A stretch of DNA of 64,000 bases from Eledone cirrhosa (lineage: Eukaryota), in assembly GCA_964016885.1 (NCBI GenBank), contig OZ024744.1, positions 31,558,001 through 31,622,000 on the forward strand, in the 5' to 3' direction. Shown here piece after piece: positions 43,451 through 54,552 of this stretch. A program made the position numbers and the translations under genes. The notes below the pieces were generated by a model. It saw nothing but the letters and a program-made list of their open reading frames with translations. It was not told the DNA's origin and did no database searches. Positions within the stretch are counted from its first letter, which is position 1, and the number at the start of each line of letters is the position of its first letter.

Positions 43451-46400
43451 GGCCAACTGAAACGATGGTAAACCCAGTACTAAATAATGTCCTCTGTCAT
43501 GGCCAACTGAGACATTGGTAAACCCAGTACTAACTAATGTCCTCTGTCATGGCCAACTGAGTCGTTGGTAACCCAGTACTATCTAATGTCCTATGTCATG
43601 ACCAACTGAGACGTTGGTAAACCCAATACTAACTAATGTCCTCTGTCATGGCCAACTGAGACATTCGTAAACCTAGTACTAACTAATGTCCTCTGTTATG
43701 GCCAACTGAGAGATTGGTAAACCCAGTACTAACTAATGTCCTATGTCATGACCAACTGAGACATTCGTAAACCCAGTACTAACTAATGTCCTCTGTCATG
43801 GCCAAATGAGAGATTGGTAAACCCAGTACTAACTCATGTCCTATGTCATGATCAACTGAGACATTGGTAAACCCAGTATTAACTAATGTCCTATGTCATG
43901 GCTAACTGAGACGTTGGTAAACTCAGTACTAACTAATGTCCTCTGTCATGGCCAACTGAGACATTGGTAAACCCAGTACTAACTAATGTCCTATGTCATG
44001 CCCAACTGAGACATTGGTAAACCCAGTACTAACTAATGTCCGATGTCATGGCCAACTGAGACGTTGGTAAATCCAGTACTAACTAATGTCCTCTCTCATG
44101 GCCAACTGAGACGTTGGTAAACCCAGTATTAACTAATGTCCTATGTCATGGCCAACTGAGACGATGGTAAACCCCGTACTAAATAATGTCCTCTGCCATG
44201 GCCAACTGAGACATTGGTAAACCCAGTACTAACTAATGTCCTATGTCATGGCCAACTGAGACATTGGTAAACCCGGTACTATCTAATGTCCTATGTCATG
44301 GCACACTGAGACGTTGGTAAACCCAGTACTAATTAATGTCCTCTCTCATGGCCAACTGAGACGATGGTAAACCCAGTACTAAATAATGTCCTCTGTCATG
44401 GCCAACTGAGACATTGGTAAACCCAGTACTAACTAATGTCCTCTGTCATGGCAACTGAGTCGTTGGTAACCCAGTACTATCTAATGTCCTATGTCATGAC
44501 CAACTGAGACGTTGGTAAACCCAGTACTAACTAATGTCCTCCGTCATGGCCAACTGAGACATTCGTAAACCTAGTACTAACTAATGTCCTCTGTTATGGC
44601 CAACTGAGAGATTGGTAAACCCAGTACTAACTAATGTCCTATGTCATGACCAACTGAGACATTGGTAAACCCAGTACTAACTAATGTCCTATGTCATTGG
44701 CAACTGAGACGTTGGTAAACCCAGTACTAACTAATGTCCTCTGTCATGGCCAACTGAGACATTGGTAAACCCAGTACTAACTAATGTCCTATGTCATGAC
44801 CAACTGAGACATTGGTAAACCCAGTACTAACTAATGTCCTATGTCATGGCCAACTGAGACGTTGGTAAATCTAGTACTAACTAATGTCCTCTCTCATGAC
44901 CAACTGAGACGTTGGTAAACCCAGTACAAACTAATGTTCTCTGTCATGGCCAACTGACACGTAGGTAAACCCAGTACTAACTAATGTCCTCTGTCATGGC
45001 CAACTGAGACGTTGGTAAACCCAGTATTAACTAATGTCCTATGTCATGACCAACTGAGACATTGGTAAACCCAGTACTAACTAATGTCCTATGTCATGGC
45101 CAACTGAGACGTTGGTAAATCCAGTACTAACTAATGTCCTCTCTCATGACCAACTGAGACGTTGGTAAACCCAGTACTAACTAATGTTCTCTGTCATGGC
45201 CAACTGAGACGTAGGTAAACCCAGTACTAACTAATGTCCTCTGTCATGGCCAACTGAGACATTCGTAAACCCAGTACTAACTAATGTCCTATGTCATGCC
45301 CAACTGAGACATTGGTAAACCCAGTACTAACTATATGTCATGGCCAACTGAGACGTTGGTAAATCCAGTACTAACTAATGTCCTCTCTCATGACCAACTG
45401 AGACGTTGGTAAACCCAGTACTAACTAATGTCCTATGTCATGACCAACTGAGACGTTGGTAAACCCAGTACTAACTAATGTCCTCTGTTATGGCCAACTG
45501 AGACATTCGTAAACCCAGTACTAACTAATGTCCTCTGTCATGGCCAACTGAGAGATTGGTAAACCCAGTACTAACTCATGTCCTATGTCATGATCAACTG
45601 AGACGTTGGTAAACCCAGTATTAACTAATGTCCTATGTCATGGCCAACTGAGACGATGGTAAACCCAGTACTAAATAATGTCCTCTGTCATGGCCAACTG
45701 AGACATTGGTAAACCCAGTACTAACTAATGTCCTATGTCATGGCCAACTGAGACGTTGGTAAATCCAGTACTGACTAATGTCTTCTCTCATGACCAACTG
45801 AGACGTTGGTAAACCCAGTACAAACTAATGTTCTCTGTCATGGCCAACTGACACGTAGGTAAACCCAGTACTAACTAATGTCCTCTGTCATGGCCAAATG
45901 AGACGTTGGTAAACCCAGTATTAACTAATGTCCTATGTCATGGCCAACTGAGACATTAGTAAACCCAGTACTAACTAATGTCTTATGTCATGGCCAACTG
46001 AGACATTGGTAAACCCAGTACTAACTAATGTCCTATGTCATCGCCAACTGAGACGTTGGTAAACCCAGTACTAACTAATGTCCTATGTCATGACCAACTG
46101 AGACGTTGGTAAACCCAGTACTAACTAATGTCCTCTGTCATGGCCAACTTAGACGTAGGTAAACTCAGTACTAACTAATGTCCTCTGTCATGGCCAACTG
46201 AGACGTTGGTAAACCCAGTACTAACTAATGTCCTCTGTCATTAATAACTGAGACGTAGGTAAACCCAGTACTAACTAATGTCCTCTGTCATGGCCAACTG
46301 AGACGTAGGTAAACCCAGTACTAACTAATGTCCTATGTCATGGCCAACTGAGAGGTTGGTAAACCCAGTATTAACTAATGTCCTATGTCATGACCAACTG

Positions 46401-48399
46401 AGACATTGGTAAACCCAGTACTAACTAATGTCCTATGTCATGGCCAACTGAGACGTTGGTAAACCCAGTACTAACTAATGTCTTATGTCATGGCCAACTG
46501 AGACATTGGTAAACCCAGTACTAACTAATTTCCTCTGTCATGGCCAACCGAGACGGTGGTAAACCCAGTACTAACTAATGTCCTCTGTCATGGCCAACGG
46601 AGACGTTGGTAAACCCAGTACTAACTAATGTCCTATGTCATGACCATCTGAGACATTGGTAAACCCAGTACTAACTAATGTCCTCTCTCATGGCCAACTG
46701 AGACGTTGGTAAACCCAGTACTAACTAATGTCCTCTGTCATAGCCAACTGAGACGTAGGTAAACCCAGTACTAACTAATGTCCTCTGTCATGGCCAACTG
46801 AGATATTGCTAAACCCAGTGTTATCTAATGTCGTATGTCATGACCAACTGAGACGTTGGTATACCCAGTACTAACGAATGTCCTCTGTCATGGCCAACTG
46901 AGACATTGGTAAACCCAGTATAAACTAATGACCTATGTCATGGCCAACTGAGACGTTAGTAAACCCAGTACTAACTAATGTCCTATGTCATGACCAACTG
47001 AGCCATTGGTAAACCCAGTACTAACTAATGTCCTATGTCATGGCCAACTGAGACGTTGGTAAATCCAGTACTAACTAATGTCCTCTCTCATGACCAACTG
47101 AGACGTTGGTAAACCCAGTACTAACTAATGTCCTATGTCATGACCAACTGAGACGTTGGTAAACCCAGTACTAACTAATGTCCTCTGTTATGGCCAACTG
47201 AGCCATTCGTAAACCCAGTACTAACTAATGTCCTATGTCATGGCCAACTGAGAGATTGGTAAACCCAGTACTAACTCATGTCCTATGTCATGATCAACTG
47301 AGACATTGGTAAACCCAGTATTAACTAATGTCCTATGTCATGGCTAACTGAGACATTGGTAAACCCAGTACTAACTAATGTCCTATGTCATGACCAACTG
47401 AGATATTGGTAAACCCATTACTAACTAATGTCCTATGTCATGGCCAACTGAGACGTTGGTAAATCCAGTACTAACTAATGTCCTCTCTCATGGCCAACTG
47501 AGACGTTGGTAAACCCAGTATTAACTAATGTCCTCTGCCATGGCCAACTGAGACATTGGTAAACCCAGTACTAACTAATGTCCTATGTCATGGCCAACTG
47601 AGACATTGGTAAACCCAGGACTATCTAATGTCCTATGTCATGGCACACTGAGACGTTGGTAAACCCAGTACTAATTAATGTCCTCTCTCATGGCCAACTG
47701 AGACGATGGTAAACCCAGTACTAAATAATGTCCTCTGTCATAGCCAACTGAGACATTGGTAAACCCAGTACTAACTAATGTCCTCTGTCATGGCCAACTG
47801 AGTCGTTGGTAAACCCAGTACTATCTAATGTCCTATGTCATGACCAACTGAGACGTTGGTAAACCCAGTACTAACTAATGTCCTCTGTCATGGCCAACTG
47901 AGACATTCGTAAACCCAGTACTAACTAATGCCCTCTGTTATGGCCAACTGAGAGATTGGTAAACCCAGTACTAACTAATGTCCTATGTCATGACCAACTG
48001 AGACATTTGTAAACCCAGTACTAACTAATGTCCTATGTCATTGGCAACTGAGACGTTGGTAAACCCGGTACTAACTAATGTCCTCTGTCATGGCCAACTG
48101 AGACATTGGTAAACCCAGTACTAACTAATGTCCTATGTCATGACCAACTGAGACATTGGTAAACCCAGTACTAACTAATGTCCTATGTCATCGCCAACTG
48201 AGACGTTGGTAAACCCAGTACTAACTAATGTCCTATGTCATGACCAACTGAGACGTTGGTAAACCCAGTACTAAATAATGTCCTCTGTCATGGCCAACTG
48301 AGACGTTGGTAAACCCAGTACTAACTAATGTCCTATGTCATGGCCAACTGAGACGTTGGTAAACCCAGTACTAACTAATGTCCTATGTCATGACCAACT

Positions 48400-49250
48400 G
48401 AGACATTGGTAAACCCAGTACTAACTAATGTCCTCTGTCATTAACAACTGAGACGTAGGTAAACCCAGTACTAACTAATGTCCTCTGTCATGGCCAACTG
48501 AGACGTAGGTAAACCCAGTACTAACTAATGTCCTATGTCATGGCCAACTGAGACGTTGGTAAACCCAGTATTAACTAATGTCCTATGTCATGACCAACTG
48601 AGACATTGGTAAACCCAGTACTAACTAATGTCTTATGTCATGGCCAACTGAGACATTGGTAAACCCAGTACTAACTAATGTACTATGTCATGACCAACTG
48701 AGACGTTGGTAAACGCAGTACTAACTAATGTCCTCTCTCATCGCCAACTGAGACATTGGTAAACCCAGTACTAACTAATGTCCTCTGTCATGGCCAACTG
48801 AGACGTAGGTAAACCCAGTACTAACTAATGTCCTCTGTCATTAACAACTGAGACGTAGGTAAACCCAGTACTAACTAATGTCCTCTGTCATGGCCAACTG
48901 AGACGTAGGTAAACCCAGTACTAACTAATGTCCTATGTCATGGCCAACTGAGACGTTGGTAAACCCAGTATTAACTAATGTCCTATGTCATGACCAACTG
49001 AGACATTGGTAAACCCAGTACTAACTAATGTCTTATGTCATGGCCAACTGAGACATTGGTAAACCCAGTACTAACTAATGTACTATGTCATGACCAACTG
49101 AGACGTTGGTAAACGCAGTACTAACTAATGTCCTCTCTCATCGCCAACTGAGACATTGGTAAACCCAGTACTAACTAATGTCCTCTGTCATGGCCAACTG
49201 AGACGTAGGTAAACCCAGTACTAACTAATGTCCTCTGTCATGGCCAACTG
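48400..49250. repeat. Short 400-bp (8-monomer) duplication near the array end
   Basis: 'aaacgcagta' at 48711 and 49111; 'tactatgtca' at 48681 and 49081. Confidence 0.85.
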
Positions 49251-50328
49251 AGACGTAGGTAAACCCAGTACTAACTAATGTCCTATGTCATGACCAACTG
49301 AGACATTGGTAAACCCAGTACTAACTAATGTCGTATGTCATGGCCAACTGAGACATTGGTAAACCCAGTACTAACTAATGTCCTATGTCATGGCCAATTG
49401 AGACGTTGGTAAACACAGTACTAACTAATGTACTCTCTCCTGGCCAACTGAGACGTTGGTAAACCCAGTACTAACTAATGCCCTCTGTCATGGCCAACTG
49501 AGACGTAGGTAAACCCAGTACTAACTAATGTCCTCTGTCATGGCCAACTGGGACGTTGGTAAACCGAGTACTAACTAATGTCCACTGTCATGGCCAACTG
49601 AGACGTTGGTAAACCCAGTACTAACTAATGTTCTCTGTCATGACCAACTGAGACGTAGGTAAACCCAGTACTAACTAATGTCTTATGTCATGGCCAACTG
49701 AGACGTTGGTAAACCAAGTACTAACTAATGTCCTCTGTCATGGCCAACTGAGACGTTGGTAAACCTAGTACTAACTAATGTCCTCTGTCATGGCTAACTG
49801 AGATGTTGGTAAACCCAGTACTAACTAATGTCTTATGTCATGGCCAACTGAGACGTTGGTAAACCCAGTACTAACTAATGTCCTCTGTCATGGCCAACTG
49901 AGACGTTGGTAAACCTAGTACTAACTAATGTCCTCTGTCATGGCCAACTGAGATGTTGGTAAACCCAGTACTAACTAATGTCCTATGTCATGGCTAACTG
50001 AGACGTTGGTAAACCCAGTAATAACTAATGTCCTCTGTCATGACCAACTGAGACATTGGTAAACCCAGTACTATCTAATGTCCTATGTCATGGCTAACTG
50101 AGACATTGGTAAACCCAGTACTAACTGATGTCCCATGTCATGACCAACTGAGACGTTGGTAAACCCAGTACTAACTAATGTCCTATGTCATGGCCAACTG
50201 AGACATTGGTAAACCTAGTACTAACTAATGTCGTCTGTCATAGCTAACTGAGACATTCGTAAACCCAGTACTAACTAATGTCCTATGTCATGGCAAAGTG
50301 AGACGCGGCTGGCGTTCTATTTGCTACG

Positions 50329-50610
50329 CTGTGTGTGAGAGTATGTGTAGTTGTATATTTGTGTAAATGCATGTGTATATGTATATTTCTGTAAATGTAT
50401 GTGTATATGTATATTTGTCTAAATGTATGTGTGTATGTGTTTGTGTGAATATATGTGGGTGTTAGTGTAAAAGTTTGTGTGTTTGTGGGATGTATGTCTG
50501 TGAATGTGCATTTTTGTAAGTGTGTCTGTTTTCGCGTTTATATTTATAAACTCATACATATAAACGTATGCATATGCACATGCACACATGCAAACACATA
50601 TACTTATATG
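50329..50610. repeat. Degenerate (TG)/(TA)/(CA) low-complexity sequence flanking the satellite
   Basis: Alternating purine-pyrimidine runs such as gtgtatatgtatattt and tgcacacatgcaaacacata. Confidence 0.8.
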
Positions 50611-50847
50611 CGTCAACGTCTTTTAAAAAATCCTAGTGGTATGAAAAATGTCATTTCGAGAACATATTTCTTTTTCTTGCTAAAGATATGGAAAACTGTA
50701 AATGTAGAATCTTGTAGAGAGTCAACACTGATAGCATGTTTATTAATCTATAGAAGGCGTTGTGGCATCATATTTGCAGGCCAACTAGAACTTCTTAAGG
50801 ATAATTCTTGATACAAAAAGTCCTTCTATTAAAGGATGTATGTGTTA

Positions 50848-50905
50848 GTGCGGTCGATTGGCAATGTCGGTAGAGTGTCGGACAACATGCTTTGCAGCAT
50901 AGAGT
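50848..50905 (+). mobile_element. Probable degenerate SINE 5' head fragment
   Basis: 'gtgcggtcgattggcaatgtcggtagagtgtcggacaacatgctttgcagcat' contains an A-box-like TGGC...GG segment. Recalled similarity to an octopus tRNA-SINE head; not verified. Confidence 0.35.
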
Positions 50906-51302
50906 TACGCCCACTTCCAGAACCTCTGCACTAATGGGATATTAGTAAAAAGATGTTTTATATTCCTGGCGAAAGTGTTGCCAAATTTATCATTTCTCTG
51001 TTAGAATTTCTAGGAATTTATCAAATGATTATCTACATGTTTCTGGTATAGAATTCTTTATGTCACTTTTCTGATTACGTAGAAATCTTCTTAAGAGTAA
51101 TGAATAAAATAAACATAAATAACTAATAAGGAAATATGAAAAATTCTTTATAAAAACGATTTAAATACGACACAGTCGTACCTTAAATATAAAACGCACG
51201 CACACACATATATTTAGATATATATCCATACATACTTTCACAAGTTATTGACGCACTGGGGATAGACATATTGTTTTTAATGCGTTGTTTGTGCTTTCCT
51301 TT

Positions 51303-51398
<96 letters not shown>
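51303..51398. repeat. Compound (TA)n(TG)n(TA)n microsatellite
   Basis: Directly visible. Confidence 0.97.
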
Positions 51399-51399
<1 letters not shown>

Positions 51400-51742
51400 C
51401 GAAGGAAGTGTGGTAAGGAACCAGGTGGACTATAACGCCCCAAAGTACTCAATACTTAGGGTAGTAGAGTGGGTAATATGAAAAGAGCTCAGCCGTCGGG
51501 CTCCTGACTTTTTTCCTATATATATATATATATAGGAACGAGTAGGACCCCGACGGCTGAGCTCAAGCCGTTTCGACGGCTAATTCTGGACTAAAAAGAT
51601 TTTTTAGTCCAGAATTAGCCGTCGAAACGGCTTGAGCTCAGCCGTCGGGGTCGTACTGGTTCTTATTACCCACTCTACTACCCTAAGTATTGAGTACTTT
51701 GGTGCGTTATGGTCCACCTGGTTCCTTACCACATTTCCTTCG
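51399..51742. mobile_element. Multiply folded-back element, probable Penelope-like pLTR remnant with the 3' half of a hammerhead
   Basis: Perfect 52-bp inverted repeat 51546-51597/51601-51652 with a 3-nt loop, plus an outer inverted repeat 51399-51478/51664-51742. The + arm reads GAAA(51624)-CGGC-TTGAGCTCA-GCCG-TC-GGGGTC. Embedded in (TA)n. Confidence 0.65.
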
Positions 51743-51743
51743 T

Positions 51744-51957
<214 letters not shown>

Positions 51958-51999
51958 ATGAGATTAAGACGCAGTGTCTAGTAAAGAACATTAAGAAGC

Positions 52000-52563
52000 C
52001 AGAGAGGATTATGAATGTAGGCGCTAGAATTGGTTGAAGACTTCCTGTATCTGGGAGCAAATATTAGGAACACAGAGGATGATGTGGTGGAGAGGATGAA
52101 GAAAGCCTGGGCGGCGTGCCACAGTTTGAGATCGGTATGGAAGTCGGACCTTCGTAAAGACCTGAAGCTCCGTCTCTTCGTTGCTGTAGTGGAGTCTGTG
52201 CTACTGTCTGAGACTTGGACACTGACCAGGAAACTTACTCAGATGGTAGATGGGTGCTACACGAGAATGCTGCGGATGGCTCTGAACATTAATCAGTATA
52301 CACTGAGGATGAAGAACTGACTTTAGCTGTACGTGCTCATCGACATTCTGAGATGACACTGCACTCAGTACTTCTGTGGGAGCCCCTACACGGTCACACT
52401 AGAAGAGGGAGACCGATGTTGACATATATAGATGCTCTAAGGACAGATACTGGTCTCTGGGAGACGCAGGACACGGCGGCGATGATGAAGGATAGAGACT
52501 GCTGGAGAGAACTCGTCCATGGATCTCGGGAATTTTATCCGCCCTAGATATATATATATATAT
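52000..52563 (+). mobile_element. 5'-truncated, frameshifted RTE-clade LINE ORF C-terminus
   Basis: Translates as EDFLYLG...KKAWAA...WKS...KLRLF...VESVLL[YG deleted]SETWTLT...DGCYTRMLR and LLWEP.HG..RRGRP..TYID.L..D...M.DRD.WR, the RTE late-RT/thumb/C-terminal motifs. Stop at 52547 followed by (AT)n. Confidence 0.88.
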
Positions 52564-52832
52564 ACACTTTCGTTTGCACGTATTTATTTTTGTATTGTTA
52601 CTAACATATTTTTTTGTTGAATCACCAGTCTGAGTAGATCGATACTGGAGTCGGGTCCATAACTTCCATTGAAGACCTTGAGCCAATCATTTGCGAATCG
52701 CGCGTAATTGGTCGATACACAATAAAAGTATAAATATATCTAAATGATAAATATATCTAACTCTTACTATGGATCATGTGCTCATATTGATACCAATACC
52801 AGTAATTCCTTGAATCACATGCACTATGGATA

Positions 52833-52833
52833 G

Positions 52834-52873
<40 letters not shown>

Positions 52874-52914
52874 GTACATACATATATATATAGAGGGGGG
52901 GGTCAGAGAGAGAG

Positions 52915-52988
<74 letters not shown>
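52833..52988. repeat. (CA)n, (TA)n and (GA)n microsatellites
   Basis: Directly visible. Confidence 0.95.
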
Positions 52989-52991
<3 letters not shown>

Positions 52992-53182
52992 CCCTTTGGT
53001 CACAAATGACCATTGTTTTGCACCTAGGAAGTTTCTCTTCGAGGCACAAACCTGGACAATGTTTGTTTGTGAAAGACCAACAGCCGCCCATGCATACCAA
53101 TCTCCCCACACCAGCAATGTTGCCCAAGAGAAAGGCAAATGCTGATACAGTTTGGTAGCAGTGATGTCACAACTCATTTCTA
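52989..53182 (-). mobile_element. Probable 3' portion of a cephalopod-type SINE
   Basis: 'cagccgcccatgcatacc...ccaagagaaaggcaaatgctgatacagtttgg...gtgatgtcacaactcatttcta' resembles an abundant octopus SINE body as I recall it; needs a library search. Confidence 0.55.
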
Positions 53183-53257
53183 TTCCCTTCTTTCTTTCTT
53201 TCCTTTCTCCCTCCCCACTCTCTCTATATTTTCTTTCTTTATATATCCCTCTTTCAA

Positions 53258-53330
53258 CCGTCGGGTCTGGAATTTTTCGTATTACTCACTCTATTACTCC
53301 AAGTATCAAGTACTCTGGTGAGTAATTGTC
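53258..53330 (+). mobile_element. Diverged third fragment of the 51.6-kb fold-back (Penelope-like) family
   Basis: 'ccgtcgggtc...tattactcactctattactccaagtatcaagtactctggtg' aligns to 51642-51704 'ccgtcggggtc...tattacccactctactaccctaagtattgagtactttggtg'. Confidence 0.75.
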
Positions 53331-53351
53331 TAAATCAGATCGCACGGTTAA

Positions 53352-53855
53352 ACCACTGGGAGTGAAGGACCCCTAGCCTTTGTCAGGGCATTCTTCTAGG
53401 AGAAGGCAACTCAGGAAACTGGGATAACTCCGATATAAAACCTGCGGCTCAGTAGTTACCAATGATTTTGATCTTTTCTTCTTTTCGGGTTATAGCTACT
53501 GTCGCTCAGAGAGTGGGATTGGCTCAGTGCACAGTCTTTCCTCACTTTAGAAAATATATTCATGCACAGGGATTGCACGATAGAATTAATTAATTGTTTC
53601 TACTTTAGGCACAAGGCCAGCAATTACCCAGTGCATTACTGGTACTTTATTTTATCGACCCCGTAAGGATGAAAGGCAAAGTCAACCTCGGCGGGATTTG
53701 AACTCAGATCGTAAAGGTACGTAACTATGCTGGAAAGCATGGCGTCCGTTATTAATGATGGTATAACGTGCAATGGCCATACTCGATAACGAGGGGGCAG
53801 CCATCATGTATGTATGTATGTATGTATGTATGTATGTATGTATGTATGTATGTAT
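53352..53855 (+). mobile_element. Older, 5'-truncated relative of the bipartite RTE-derived element, interrupted by a SINE, ending in a stem-loop and (TATG)n
   Basis: 53352-53577 aligns to 54050-54253 (gacccctagcctttgtca, ttctaggagaagg, gagagtgggat). 53774-53803 is TGGC..CTCG-ATAA-CGAG..GCCA, followed by (TATG)n at 53806-53855. Confidence 0.7.
53596..53750 (-). mobile_element. tRNA-derived SINE (partial)
   Basis: The minus strand has a Pol III B box GAGTTCAAATCCC (53693-53705). The body 'tactggtactttattttatcgacccc...ggatgaaaggcaaagtcaacctcggcgg' resembles a very common octopus SINE (recalled). Confidence 0.75.
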
Positions 53856-54552
53856 GTCAGGTCACCAGTTGGTACTACTGGTAACATGTATCCCAGTACA
53901 ACCTGTCCCATGGTCGGGTCGTTGCCGACTAAACTGGCAACCCCACCAAGGTTTCTTGGTGAGGAGGGTGACTTTGGACATCCTGCAGGACTAAAAACAA
54001 AACCTGTCAAAGGGCAAAGGAGCTCTTAAGAGTCAATGGCCATCCAAAATCACTGGGAGAGATGACCCCTTAGCCTTTGTCAAGGCAGAATTCTAGGAGA
54101 AGGAAAACTCTGATATAACACCGGCAACCCTGATGGTATCCAATGATGTTGACTTGTTCTTCTTTTTGGTAAATATCATCTTGGTTAAGAGAGTGGGACT
54201 GGCTTTGTGCAGTGCCTTTGCTCACTATAAAAGCTTCACGGCACAGGCATTGCTTTATATCTGGAGATGTCTCTACACTTGTCGTCACATGGTACCATGG
54301 GCCCAGCACTATGTGTCAATAATTGTCACAGGTGTAGTGTTTGTACCAGAGTTTTCAAGTCGCTGGCTGGACTAAAAAGTCACACTCGTTCAGCGCATCG
54401 GTAGGGGTTCTCCTACATGGATATAAAGTAGTGGCCGTACTCGAAAACGAGTTGGCAGCCACCATGTATGTATGTAGGTATTTTTGTATGTATTATGTAT
54501 GTATGTATGTATGTATGTATGTATGTATGTATGTATGTATGTATGTATGTAT
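53856..54552 (+). mobile_element. Bipartite non-autonomous RTE-derived element, copy 1 (608 bp + (TATG)n tail)
   Basis: Near-identical to 59566-60171 and 60291-60897. RTE 5'UTR-type motif CTAGGAGAAGGAAAACTCTGA; terminal C2H2 finger CSVCTRVFKSLAGLKSHTRSAH*; 3' stem-loop CTCG-AAAA-CGAG; no RT or endonuclease sequence. Confidence 0.82.

Larger units (their letters stand above)
1..50305. repeat. 50-bp tandem satellite array (~1,000 head-to-tail monomers, open at left edge of window)
   Basis: Uninterrupted repetition of GTCATGGCCAACTGAGAC(G/A)TTGGTAAACCCAGTACTAACTAATGTCCT(C/A)T, 46% GC, typically 0-4 substitutions per monomer and very few indels. Ends abruptly at '...gtcatggcaaagtgagacg' (~50305). 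Confidence 0.99.

Noticed and set aside
1-50305. CRISPR array or repeat-spacer system
   Set aside because: Monomers abut with no unique spacers, variation is point substitution only, there are no cas genes, and the context is eukaryotic.
1-50305. Repetitive protein-coding exon (mucin-like or similar)
   Set aside because: The 50-bp unit shifts frame each copy and has TAA/TGA/TAG on both strands; the ORF track shows no ORF here.
1-50305. Hammerhead-bearing satellite like those of newts or schistosomes
   Set aside because: The monomer has CTGAGA rather than CTGANGA, lacks GAAA, and no core can be built on either strand.
1-50305. Telomeric repeat origin (TAAACCC and CTAACTAA in the monomer)
   Set aside because: Only single short matches; no tandem TTAGGG or TTTAGGG, so compatible with chance.
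52670-52725. Degenerate hammerhead (CCAAT...ATTGG followed by TCGATAC)
   Set aside because: Both core boxes would need mutations; too weak to support.
53596-53750. tRNA gene
   Set aside because: A B box is present but there is no cloverleaf, and it continues into a SINE-like body.
54133-54375. Conserved 80-aa ORF (MVSNDVDL...) present in all three element copies
   Set aside because: No recognisable motif; its retention is explained by the high nucleotide identity of young copies, and it overlaps the zinc finger out of frame.
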